Assembly (NCBI GenBank): GCA_963753285.1
Contig: CAVWBT010000005.1
Location: 132,564 to 196,563, forward strand
Length of the DNA stretch: 64,000 bases
Source: an uncultured bacterium
GTDB lineage: Bacteria; Actinomycetota; Acidimicrobiia; Spongiisociales; ZC4RG35
Direction of reading: 5' to 3'
The notes beneath the pieces are model-generated. The model ran no database searches. It saw nothing but the letters and a program-made list of their open reading frames with translations, and was not told where the DNA came from. Of the stretch, positions 48,995 through 58,115 are shown piece by piece. The position numbers and the translations under genes are program-made. Numbering within the stretch: the stretch's first letter is position 1; every line of letters starts with the position of its first letter.

Positions 48995-50860
48995 TCAGTT
49001 GATGTTCAGGCTGACGCTCGCTCGGCCGCAGACTCCATCGACCGTACAGACCTCGTAGACCAACGAGTCAGTTCCGGCGGATCCGGGGGCGGCGTCGTAG
49101 CGGATCTTGCCACTTCCACCGACGAGTGAGGCACTTCCGGCACCCGGTGGCGTCGTGATCCTCAGAGTGGTGAGGTCGAGTGGGCCTGAGTCATTGGCCA
49201 ACACGCGGATGATCACGCTTCCATTCGGCCGGACAGTCGCGTTGTCCGGTTGGACCGACAGCGGGCCTGCCGCTGTCGTCGTCGTGGTTGTGGGTGAGAC
49301 GGTTGTTGTCGTGGTGGGTGGGACGGTTGTTGTCGTGGTGGGTGGGACGGTTGTTGTCGTGGTGGGTGGGACGGTTGTCGTCGTGGTGGGTGGCACCGTC
49401 GTGGTCGTGGTCGGTGAGAGCGTGGTCGGTGTGGTCGAGGGCGCGGTGGTGGTCGGGGTTGATGTGGTCGGCGTCGTTGGGGAGGTCGTAGTGGCGGTGG
49501 TGGGTGTCGTCGCTGTGGTGGGAGGGGAGGTCGCTGCGGTCGTCGGCGGGGGCGAATCGTCCGGGGGCGGTGCGGCTGGCGTCTCGGCCGCTGCGGCCAG
49601 GTACGTCGTTGTGGTCGTTTCGTCGGCTGGGCCCGTCGCCGGCGGAAGCTCTGTCGGGCTCTCGGCCTCCGGCTCGCCTGCTGCGATGATTGCGTCGACC
49701 ACGTCGCCGCTCAGCCCGGCACCGGCGATCACCACTTCCACGACTTCACGCGTCGGAAGGTCGGCGGGAGAGGGGATCACACCCGTGATGAGCGACGTGG
49801 TCATGATCGCTGAGCTGGCAACCAACGTGACCACGTCTCTTCCGAGCGCGGGAAGCCCTCGGGACCAGGGGAACTGCCCGATGGCTGCCAACGGGCCCGT
49901 TGCCCATCTGAGTCTCCCGATGGCCACACGCATCAGTGCCCTGGCGACCTTCGGATCGAACTGTGAACCCGACATCGCCACGATTTCGCGTCTCGCCTGG
50001 TTCGCAGACATCGCACGTTGGTAGGACCGCCCGCTCGTCATGACGTCGTAGGCGTCGGCGACCGCGACGATTCGCGCCCCGTAGGCGATGTCTTCGCCCG
50101 AGAGCCCGAATGGGTAGCCGCTGCCGTCATATCGCTCGTGATGATGCGCGATCGTCTCCGCCCACGGTCCCAACCATACGGCGATTGGGGCGATCATCCT
50201 CAGACCGTGGACCGGGTGCTGGCGCACCTCGTGCCACTCGTCTTCGTCGAGGGCCCCGTCTTTGTTGAGAATCTCGCCAGAAATCTCGAGCTTGCCGATG
50301 TCATGGAGCAGTGCCGCCCATCTGAGGCGATCGCGATCGCCTTGCCCGAGCCTGAGTTGTTCGGCGATCATGTCGACGTACGCCCTGACCCGTTCGGAGT
50401 GTCCGCGGGTCTTGCGATCATGCCTCCCCAGCGCCGCAGAGAGGGAGAGGATCAACTCTGCGGCCTCGGCGGTCGCTCTGTCCCTACCGGCTTCGACGGC
50501 CGCCACGCGGCGCTTCAGCTCTGACATCGATCCAGAGCGTCGGGCCACCCTGAGGCGGGACGGTGCCTCGTCAGGAAAGAGCATGCTCATCTTCAACAGC
50601 GTGGAGAGCGGCAGGAAGCGGCGGGCGAACCGGTCGACCAGCGTTGCTGCGGCGGTTGCGGTGGCGATCGTGAAGACCCACCACGTCACGAGCTGCGACA
50701 CACGTTCTGGCTCTGGGAGCCGGTGCGAGACCCACGCTCCGGCGAAGAACCCTGCCATGAGCGGGACGAGGAAGATCAGGGCGCGCACGACGAACGCCGC
50801 AAATCGACGTTCCTGCCAGCGCTGGGAGGCGCTGGTCCGCGTGTCGTCGTCCTCTTTCAT
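48995..50860 (-). CDS. Membrane HD-GYP phosphodiesterase with Thr/Pro stalk and C-terminal Ig-like (Big_9-type) domain
   Basis: Two N-terminal TMs; HSERV, LLHDIGK, HHERYDGSGYP, RIVAVADAYD, GSQFDP; hydrophobic segment; TTTTVPP repeats; IRVLAND...YEVC. Confidence 0.85.
   Translation of the reverse strand: MKEDDDTRTSASQRWQERRFAAFVVRALIFLVPLMAGFFAGAWVSHRLPEPERVSQLVTWWVFTIATATAAATLVDRFARRFLPLSTLLKMSMLFPDEAPSRLRVARRSGSMSELKRRVAAVEAGRDRATAEAAELILSLSAALGRHDRKTRGHSERVRAYVDMIAEQLRLGQGDRDRLRWAALLHDIGKLEISGEILNKDGALDEDEWHEVRQHPVHGLRMIAPIAVWLGPWAETIAHHHERYDGSGYPFGLSGEDIAYGARIVAVADAYDVMTSGRSYQRAMSANQARREIVAMSGSQFDPKVARALMRVAIGRLRWATGPLAAIGQFPWSRGLPALGRDVVTLVASSAIMTTSLITGVIPSPADLPTREVVEVVIAGAGLSGDVVDAIIAAGEPEAESPTELPPATGPADETTTTTYLAAAAETPAAPPPDDSPPPTTAATSPPTTATTPTTATTTSPTTPTTSTPTTTAPSTTPTTLSPTTTTTVPPTTTTTVPPTTTTTVPPTTTTTVPPTTTTTVSPTTTTTTAAGPLSVQPDNATVRPNGSVIIRVLANDSGPLDLTTLRITTPPGAGSASLVGGSGKIRYDAAPGSAGTDSLVYEVCTVDGVCGRASVSLNIN
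49290..49410 (-). repeat. 24-bp coding tandem repeat (TTTTVPPT) in the HD-GYP stalk
   Basis: About 5 copies of gtgggtgggacggttgttgtcgtg. Confidence 0.85.
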
Positions 50861-50961
50861 CCCTTCGGGATGTATCGGCCCGGAAATGGGGGCATTGACC
50901 GAAATGAGTCGATCGAACCAGCCGTGCGATCGCAGCAGTCAGCTGCCGGTGAGCCCGTCGT

Positions 50962-53673
50962 TCAACGTCTCCATGGAGGCGTCGTGTCCGGGTCGATGCC
51001 GTACCGCTCGAACGCCCGCTGCATCACCTCGGGAGGAAGTGATCCGTTGCGCACCAGACCGGACAGCACGGCGACGACCACATGGCCCGCGTCGGTTTCG
51101 AAGAACCGTCTCAGGGCTGCCCTCGTGTCCGAGCGTCCGAAACCGTCCGTCCCGAGCGGAATGAAGTCACGTGGGACCCACGCCTGGATCTGCTCGGCGA
51201 CGATGCGCATGAAGTCGGTGACGGCCACGATCGGGCCGACGCCGTCTCCGAGCGCCGACGTGACGAAGGGGACTCGTGGGGGGTGGGCCGGGTGCAGTCG
51301 GTTCCAGCGGTCTGCCTCGAGCGCGTCCTCCCTGAGGAGCTTGTACGAGGTCGCCGACCAGAGATCTGCGGCCACGTCGAAATGCTCGGCGAGATCCTGC
51401 TGCGCCTGGCGTGCCGCCAGATTCGCCGATCCCGAGAACAGGATGGTCGCCCGATGGGTCGGCCCTTCCGGCGCATCAGCCCACCTGTACAGCCCGTCGA
51501 GGACGCCGCGGTCGACGCCTTCGGGCTTGGGCGGCTGGATGTAGTTCTCGTTGTAAGCCGTGATGTAGTAGAAGATGTCCTCGTTGTTCCGGTACATCCG
51601 CTCGATGCCGTCGCGGACGATCACGCCCGTCTCGTATGCGAACGCAGGGTCGTACGACAACGCCGTCGGCACGACGGACGACAGGACGAGCGAGTGCCCG
51701 TCCTGATGCTGGAGGCCTTCGCCCATGAGCGTGGTTCGTCCGGCGGTGGCGCCGATGAGGAACCCGCGTGCCCTGGCGTCGGCCGCCGCCCAGAGGAAGT
51801 CACCGGTGCGTTGCCAGCCGAACATCGAGTAGAAGATGAAGAACGGGACCATCGGGATTCCGCGGGTGGCGTAGCTGGTCGCCGCCGCCGTCCACGACGC
51901 CATCGAGCCCGCTTCGGTGATCCCCTCTTCGAGGATCTGACCGTCGATGCTCTCCATGTATGCGAGCAGCATGGAAGCGTCGACCGGCTCGTAGAGCTGG
52001 CCCTTCGACGCGTAGATCTTCAGCTCCCTGAAGAGCGAGTCCATTCCGAACGTCCTGGCCTCGTCGGGGACGATGGGCACGACGCGAGGGCCGAAGCCCT
52101 CGGATCTCGCGAGGTTCCTGAGGAGCCGCGTGAAGGCGGTGGTGGTGGACGCCTCGACCTTTCCGGATCCCTGGAACACCTGGTCGTAGACGTCCGGCGG
52201 CGGCATCTCCAGCTTCGAGCGCACCTCGGTGATCCGTTTGGGGATGTCGCCGCCGAGCTGTTCGCGGGTCCGGCGCAGATAGCGGCCCTCCGGTGAGTCG
52301 GCAGGCGGGCGGTAGTACGGGGGATCCTGGTCGCCGCTGAGCGCCTCTTCGGGGATCTCGTCTTCGAGGTGGAGACGGGTGCGGAGATTGAGCAGCTGTT
52401 GGTTGGTGAGTTCTTTGATCTGGTGGGTTGCGTTGCGGCCCTCGACATCGGGGCCGAGTGCCCAACCCTTGATCGTCTTGGCCAGGATGACGGTCGGCGC
52501 TCCCTTGAGCGTTTGTGCCTTCGCGTACGCGGCATACAGCTTCCTGGCATCGTGGCCGCCGCGGCGAAGCGACCAGATCTCGTCGTCCGACATGTGCTCG
52601 ACCAGTGCGAGTGCCTCGGGGTCCTTCCCGAAGAACCGCTCGCGCACGAACGCTCCGTTCTCGGCCTTGTAGCGCTGGTACTCGCCGTCGACGGTCGTGT
52701 TCATCACGTTCACGAGCGCACCGCTGTGATCCTGCTCGAGGATCGGATCCCAATTGCCCCCCCAGATGACCTTGATGACGTTCCAGCCGGCGCCACGGAA
52801 GATCGCCTCGAGCTCCTGGATCACCTTGCCGTTGCCTCGGACCGGACCGTCGAGCCGCTGCAGGTTGCAGTTCACGACCCACGTGAGATTGTCGAGGCCC
52901 TCGCGTGCTGCGAGCGAGATCGAACCGAGGGTCTCGGGTTCGTCGCACTCGCCGTCCCCGAGGAAGCACCACACCCTCGAATCCGAAGTGTCGTCGAGCT
53001 CGCGGTTGTGCAAGTACTTGTTGAAGCGTGCCTGATAGAGCGAGTTCATCGGGCCGATGCCCATCGACACGGTCGGGTACTCCCAGAAGTCGGGCATCAG
53101 GCGCGGATGGGGATACGAGCTCAGCCCGTGTCCGCCGATCTCGTGGCGGAAGTTGTCCAGGTGCTCCTCATCGAGCCTTCCCTCGAGAAACGCACGTGCA
53201 TAGATGCCCGGAGAGGCATGACCCTGGATGTAGACGGCGTCGCCCGGGCCGTCGGCCTTGCCCTTGAAGAAGTGGTTGAAGCCGACCTCGTACATCAGCG
53301 CCGAGGAGGCAAACGACGACAGGTGACCGCCGATGCCCTTCGATCGGTTGTTCGCCTTGATCACCATCACCGCAGCGTTCCAGCGAATGAAGCGCCGGAT
53401 GCGCTTCTCGATGACCTCGTCGCCGGGGTAGTCGGGCTCTTCCTCGGGTGGGATCGTGTTGATGTAGGGCGTGCTGATCGAGCCCGGGACGCCAAGTGAC
53501 ACTTGATGGGCTCGCTCGAGCAGTTTCGCCATGAGGAACCTCGCCCTGGTGGTTCCGCGTTCCGAGACGACGGTGTCCAGCGAGTCGAGCCACTCGCCGG
53601 TTTCGATGGGGTCCGCGTCGTAGAGCTGGTGTACGAATCCGTCGATGTAGGTGAGGTCCGGGTTGTTCGACAT
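50962..53673 (-). CDS. aceE: Pyruvate dehydrogenase E1, homodimeric
   Basis: DADPIETGEWLDSL, GGHLSSFAS, PTVSMG, GDGECDEPE...NCNLQRLDGPV, DEARTFGM, GLQHQDGHS. Confidence 0.97.
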   Translation of the reverse strand: MSNNPDLTYIDGFVHQLYDADPIETGEWLDSLDTVVSERGTTRARFLMAKLLERAHQVSLGVPGSISTPYINTIPPEEEPDYPGDEVIEKRIRRFIRWNAAVMVIKANNRSKGIGGHLSSFASSALMYEVGFNHFFKGKADGPGDAVYIQGHASPGIYARAFLEGRLDEEHLDNFRHEIGGHGLSSYPHPRLMPDFWEYPTVSMGIGPMNSLYQARFNKYLHNRELDDTSDSRVWCFLGDGECDEPETLGSISLAAREGLDNLTWVVNCNLQRLDGPVRGNGKVIQELEAIFRGAGWNVIKVIWGGNWDPILEQDHSGALVNVMNTTVDGEYQRYKAENGAFVRERFFGKDPEALALVEHMSDDEIWSLRRGGHDARKLYAAYAKAQTLKGAPTVILAKTIKGWALGPDVEGRNATHQIKELTNQQLLNLRTRLHLEDEIPEEALSGDQDPPYYRPPADSPEGRYLRRTREQLGGDIPKRITEVRSKLEMPPPDVYDQVFQGSGKVEASTTTAFTRLLRNLARSEGFGPRVVPIVPDEARTFGMDSLFRELKIYASKGQLYEPVDASMLLAYMESIDGQILEEGITEAGSMASWTAAATSYATRGIPMVPFFIFYSMFGWQRTGDFLWAAADARARGFLIGATAGRTTLMGEGLQHQDGHSLVLSSVVPTALSYDPAFAYETGVIVRDGIERMYRNNEDIFYYITAYNENYIQPPKPEGVDRGVLDGLYRWADAPEGPTHRATILFSGSANLAARQAQQDLAEHFDVAADLWSATSYKLLREDALEADRWNRLHPAHPPRVPFVTSALGDGVGPIVAVTDFMRIVAEQIQAWVPRDFIPLGTDGFGRSDTRAALRRFFETDAGHVVVAVLSGLVRNGSLPPEVMQRAFERYGIDPDTTPPWRR

Positions 53674-53802
53674 GCGTCCGAGCCTACTTCCGGGTCGGGC
53701 AATGCGGACTCCGGTGTCTCCGGTTCGTCATGGCAACTTAACCCGACCCATCCTCGACCGACGGGAACGAGAGCCTGCGGCGGCCTGAGGACCCCCCTTC
53801 CC

Positions 53803-54693
53803 TCAGGTCGCCCGGGCCTTCTTCGCGTATCGGGTGGTCCAGCGCTCGATCTCGGCGAGGACCCAGTCGGCGTTCTCCATCTGAGGGACGTGGCCGACGC
53901 CCTCGAGGCGACGGAAGGTCCAGTCGGGCCGAAGCCTCTCGAGCGCGTCGATCGCCTCCGGTGCGACGAGGACGTCACGATCTCCGCTCAGGACGAGCGC
54001 CTCGTGGCTGATCGAGGCGATCATCCGTCGAAACCGCCAGGGAGGGATGAACATGTGTCGCAATGACGCAGTCGACTCGACGAGAGCGCGCGTCGCCCAG
54101 GGCATGGCGGCACGGCGGCTCGCCATCGCGAAGGAGGCCGTTCGGGCCCGTTCCGGCAGCGTCGAAGCGTCTGCTGCGACGATCTCGAGGCGTGTCTGTG
54201 CGAGCTGCTGAGGTGTGAGGAGCCGGCGGTACGCACCCGCCACGAGGTTTCCCAGCCCGGGGAACGATTGCGCCGCGAGGCGAGCGGCCACACCGTTGTC
54301 CGGGTGGTGGCGCAGCGACGCGATCGGGCTCGCAGGTGCGATCAGGATCAGGTCGGCGACGAGACCGGGCCGGGTGGCAGCCACCATCTCGGCGAGCAGC
54401 CCTCCCATGGAGTTGCCCACGAGAACCGCCGGCCGATCGAGCGTCTCGAGCAGTTCGACGAGTGTCGACGCGAGACTGTCGAGATCGTGGCGGTCGATCG
54501 GTGGCGAGTATCCGTACCCGGGGAGGTCGATGGCGATGGTGCGCCCCCGGTCGGCGAGCGAATCGAACACCTCGATCCAGTTGGTGTGGTTGCCGCCCAG
54601 TCCGTGTACGAGCAGATGTGGTGTACCGGTGCCTCCCGAGTCGACCACGTGGAGTTCCGTGGATGGCAATTGAACGAAGGAGCTTTCCCGCAT
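53803..54693 (-). CDS. Alpha/beta-fold hydrolase
   Basis: VHGLGG, DLPGYG, GNSMGG, SGDRD, GHVPQME. Confidence 0.92.
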   Translation of the reverse strand: MRESSFVQLPSTELHVVDSGGTGTPHLLVHGLGGNHTNWIEVFDSLADRGRTIAIDLPGYGYSPPIDRHDLDSLASTLVELLETLDRPAVLVGNSMGGLLAEMVAATRPGLVADLILIAPASPIASLRHHPDNGVAARLAAQSFPGLGNLVAGAYRRLLTPQQLAQTRLEIVAADASTLPERARTASFAMASRRAAMPWATRALVESTASLRHMFIPPWRFRRMIASISHEALVLSGDRDVLVAPEAIDALERLRPDWTFRRLEGVGHVPQMENADWVLAEIERWTTRYAKKARAT

Positions 54694-54746
54694 CGTCGCA
54701 ACGATAGGCGGACGCGGCCGTACAGCCCTGCGGTGCGAATACCCTG

Positions 54747-56126
54747 ATGTCCGTGAGGATCCTGCTCGTCTCGACCTATGAACTCGGTCACCAGCCGCTG
54801 CACGTCGCATCGCCGGCTGCACGGCTGCTCGGTGCCGGCCACCGTGTCGAGACGATCGACCTCGCAATCGACTCGTTCGAGAACTCGTCGCTCGAGGGCA
54901 TCGACGCCGTGGCCATCTCGGTCCCGATGCACACTGCGATGCGTCTCGCCCAGCGAACCGTGGAGCGGGTGAGAGCCGCCGCTCCCGAGCTCCCCGTCGC
55001 CGTCTACGGGCTCTATGCCGCCATGGGGACGATCGAGGGGGTCGATCGTGTGATCGTCGGGGAGTACGAGGAGCAGCTGGTCTCGTGGGTGGAGTCGCTC
55101 GGCTCAGGTCAGGCCAGCAGCGGCGCCGTGACGGTCGACATCGGTAGGCAGCGTTTTCTGGTTCCCCACCGGGCAGGACTGCCGGCGCTGGAGTCGTACG
55201 CACATCTCAGCGTGGGAGACGACCATCGGCGGGTCGGCTACGTCGAGGCGAGTCACGGCTGTCGGCATCGGTGCAGGCACTGCCCGTTGCCGGTGGTCTA
55301 CGACGGGCGCTTTCGGATCGTCGAGTCGGAAACCGTGCTCGACGACATCGGCAATCTCGTGTCATCGGGAGCGCGTCACATCACGTTCGGGGACCCCGAC
55401 TTCTTCAACGGTGCGGCGCATGCCATGAAGGTGCTTCGAGCGGCGAACGACAGGCACCCGGAGCTGACGTACGACGTGACGATCAAGGTGGAGCATCTGC
55501 TCGGGCACCGTCGGATGCTCGCCGAACTGGCGGGGCGCAACGTGCTGTTCGTCACCTCGGCGTTCGAGTCGACCAACGACGAGGTCCTCACACTGCTCGA
55601 CAAGGGGCACACGAGGCGAGACATGCACACTGCGCTCGAGCTGTGCCGCGAGGTCGGTCTGGACATCCATCCATCGTGGCTGCCGTTCACTCCCTGGACG
55701 GAGCCGGGCGACCTCGCTGCGATCTTCTCGTTCATCGACGAGTTCGATCTGTTCGAGGTCACCGAGCCGGTCCAGCTCGCCATCAGGCTGCTGATTCCCC
55801 GCGGCTCGCTCGTCCTGGACATCCCGGGCGCATGGGATCTGGTCGGCGACTACGACGAGGAGGCGCTGTCGTACGTGTGGAGATCGCGAGACCCGTCAGT
55901 GGACGAACTGCAGGCGAGACTCGCTGCTCGAGCCGAACGGCACGCCGCCGGAGACGGCTCACTGACCGAGACACTCACGGACATGTGGATGATGGCTCTC
56001 GAGACGGCGGGGGCGGGTGACGTCACTCCGCAGATCCCGGCCGGAGCGATCACCGGTCGCCCGCGGCTCACCGAGCCCTGGTTCTGTTGAGCGGAGCCCA
56101 CCGAGCGCCAGTTGGGCGCTCTCTGA
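54747..56126 (+). CDS. Radical SAM selenoprotein, CUAEP/CCAEP-tail family (ArsL-like); Sec at TGA 56088-56090
   Basis: CRHRCRHC (CX3CX2C) and an N-terminal B12-binding-like domain. Read-through gives ...EPWFC-U-AEPTERQLGAL*, and a SECIS-like hairpin follows the TGA. Confidence 0.85.
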
Positions 56127-56139
56127 GCGAGTAGGGCTC
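56094..56139 (+). promoter_or_regulatory. Bacterial SECIS-like hairpin
   Basis: Upper stem GAGCGCC(56103-09)/GGCGCTC(56115-21) with loop AGTTG, starting 12 nt after the UGA; lower stem GAGCCC(56094-99)/GGGCTC(56134-39). Confidence 0.7.
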
Positions 56140-56143
56140 GCCG

Positions 56144-56192
56144 TTCCAGGTTCCAGGTTCCAGGTTCCAGGTTCCACGTTCCACGCTCCACG
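56144..56192. repeat. Heptamer tandem array (TTCCAGG x4, TTCCACG x2, CTCCACG)
   Basis: Seven consecutive 7-bp units directly after the selenoprotein gene. Confidence 0.9.
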
Positions 56193-56274
56193 TCTGCCTA
56201 GCACGGTGGTCGTGTGGTGTAGACGGCCCGAAGGGGCTTGACACCCTGCGCTTCGCCATGCCAGAGTAGCTAGA

Positions 56275-56291
56275 ACTTTGCGGAACAAAGT
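56275..56291. promoter_or_regulatory. Inverted repeat ACTTTG-N5-CAAAGT, probable operator of the downstream winged-HTH regulator
   Basis: Perfect 6-5-6 palindrome just before the RBS of 56306. Confidence 0.55.
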
Positions 56292-56305
56292 AGAGGGGCG
56301 CACCG

Positions 56306-56869
56306 ATGCAGACCGAAGATCCGCTCGAGATACTCGCCGACGTCGAGGCGTTGCGGCACCGGACCTCGACCGCACTCAACGCCGACGGGTGGCAGTGGAT
56401 GACGGTCTGGAGTCTCGTCGCCTTCGGTGCGGGGCTGACCGCGCTGGTCGACGCGCTCGAGGGCGTCTCCGGGTTCTATTGGATGCTGGCGGTCCCGGTC
56501 GCGCTGGGTGTGACCGCCTTGCTCGAGCGGCGGTCGAAGGAGCAGCGAGCAGTCAGGCGCGACAGTCGCCCCTACATCACGGTCGGGGCGGCGATGCTGG
56601 TGGTCAATCTCGTGGCTTCGTTCATGTTCGAGGCCGAAGCGACCGTCATCGTCATCTGGGTCGTCATCGGGCTCGGCTTCGCCGCGTTCGCCCACTTCGA
56701 TGGGGATCGGCCCACCACGGTGATGTACGTGGGTGCCGCGCTGCTGGCCGTCGGATTGGGCATCTTCGCTGCGGACCCGTTCGATGCCTACGCGGCGACC
56801 TCCATGCTCTTCGCCGGGCTTCTCGCCGGCTCGGCCGTCCAGGTGTACTCGAAGTACCGCGCCGGATGA
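56306..56869 (+). CDS. Membrane hypothetical protein (6 TM)
   Basis: Hydrophobic helices; coupled to the regulator gene. Confidence 0.75.
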   Translation: MQTEDPLEILADVEALRHRTSTALNADGWQWMTVWSLVAFGAGLTALVDALEGVSGFYWMLAVPVALGVTALLERRSKEQRAVRRDSRPYITVGAAMLVVNLVASFMFEAEATVIVIWVVIGLGFAAFAHFDGDRPTTVMYVGAALLAVGLGIFAADPFDAYAATSMLFAGLLAGSAVQVYSKYRAG

Positions 56870-57174
56870 CTCATCCCAGTGGACTCCTCGATGATGTGAT
56901 CCACCAGCGGGTGCGGCTCGGCATCATGGCCGTGCTCGCGGAGGCAGACGAGGCCGAGTTCACGTTCCTGAAGGACCAACTGGACCTGACCGACGGCAAC
57001 CTCAACCGTCACCTCCAGGTGCTCGAAGACGCCGGCTACATCGCACGAAGACGGGGCAGATCGGCGGGACGCCCGCGGACCTGGATCCGTGCAACGAGAG
57101 CGGGCCAGACGGCGCTGGCCGACCATCTCGAAACCCTGCAACGCCTCATCGACCAGACGAAAGGAACGCCATGA
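56866..57174 (+). CDS. Winged-HTH transcriptional regulator (MarR/ArsR-like)
   Basis: LDDVIHQRVRLGIMAVL..EAEFTFLK..LDLTDGNLNRHLQVLEDAGYI. Confidence 0.9.
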   Translation: MTHPSGLLDDVIHQRVRLGIMAVLAEADEAEFTFLKDQLDLTDGNLNRHLQVLEDAGYIARRRGRSAGRPRTWIRATRAGQTALADHLETLQRLIDQTKGTP

Positions 57175-58115
57175 CCAACGTCCTCCTAGTCGAGGACCTC
57201 GAACACAGCTTCGATGACCTCCTCGCAGTCGGCGGTGTCTCGTTCTTCATCGAGACCGGCGAGACATATGGCCTGCTCGGTCCGAACGGCGCGGGAAAGA
57301 CGACGACCATCTCGATGATCTCGGGCCTGCTCGAAGCGGATCGCGGTTCGGTTCAAGTTGCAGGCCAGCGGATGACGACGACCTCGACCGCGGCGAAACG
57401 GGCGATCGGGCTGGTCCCACAGGACCTCGCCATCTACCCGGACCTGACCGCCAAGGAGAACCTGGCCTTCTTCGGATCGCTCTACGGCATGCGTGGATCG
57501 GAGCTCGGCCGACGCATCGACGAAGTCCTCGAGATGGTCGGTCTCCGAGACCGTGCCGACGACAAGGCGGAGGAGTACTCCGGCGGAATGAAGCGGCGCC
57601 TGAACATCGGGGTCGGGCTCCTGCATGGCCCTCAGCTGCTGATCCTGGACGAACCCACGGTCGGAGTCGATCCGCAATCGCGCAACGCGATTCTCGAGAG
57701 TGTCGAGGCACTCTCCACCGAGGGCATGTCGGTGCTCTACACGACGCACTACATGGAGGAGGCCGAACGGTTGTGCGACCGGGTCGGGATCATCGACAAC
57801 GGGTTGCTCGTGGCGGAGGGCGCACGTCGCGATCTGGTCGACAGCATCGGACAGAACGACACGGTGCATGTGACCGGAACGGGCGATCTCGGTGCAGCGA
57901 GCGAAGCTCTGCGTTCGACCGACGGAGTCGTCCAGGCAGCCGAGGCGCACGGGGTGATCACCGTGATGGTCGACCGGGCGGCCAGCAGACTGCCGTCGGT
58001 CCTCGCTGCGGTCGGCGCTGCCGGAGTGTCGGTGACTGCGGTCGATGTGAAGGAGCCGAACCTCGAAGCCGTGTTCCTTCACATGACCGGCAAGGCCCTG
58101 AGGGACGAGGCATGA
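57171..58115 (+). CDS. ABC exporter ATP-binding protein
   Basis: GPNGAGKTT, YSGGMKRRLNI, LILDEPTVGVDPQSR, YTTHYMEEA. Confidence 0.96.
   Translation: MTNVLLVEDLEHSFDDLLAVGGVSFFIETGETYGLLGPNGAGKTTTISMISGLLEADRGSVQVAGQRMTTTSTAAKRAIGLVPQDLAIYPDLTAKENLAFFGSLYGMRGSELGRRIDEVLEMVGLRDRADDKAEEYSGGMKRRLNIGVGLLHGPQLLILDEPTVGVDPQSRNAILESVEALSTEGMSVLYTTHYMEEAERLCDRVGIIDNGLLVAEGARRDLVDSIGQNDTVHVTGTGDLGAASEALRSTDGVVQAAEAHGVITVMVDRAASRLPSVLAAVGAAGVSVTAVDVKEPNLEAVFLHMTGKALRDEA

Noticed and set aside
56239-56244. TTGACA -35 box upstream of the ABC exporter cassette
   Set aside because: No -10 hexamer at 16-18 bp spacing, so the promoter cannot be called.
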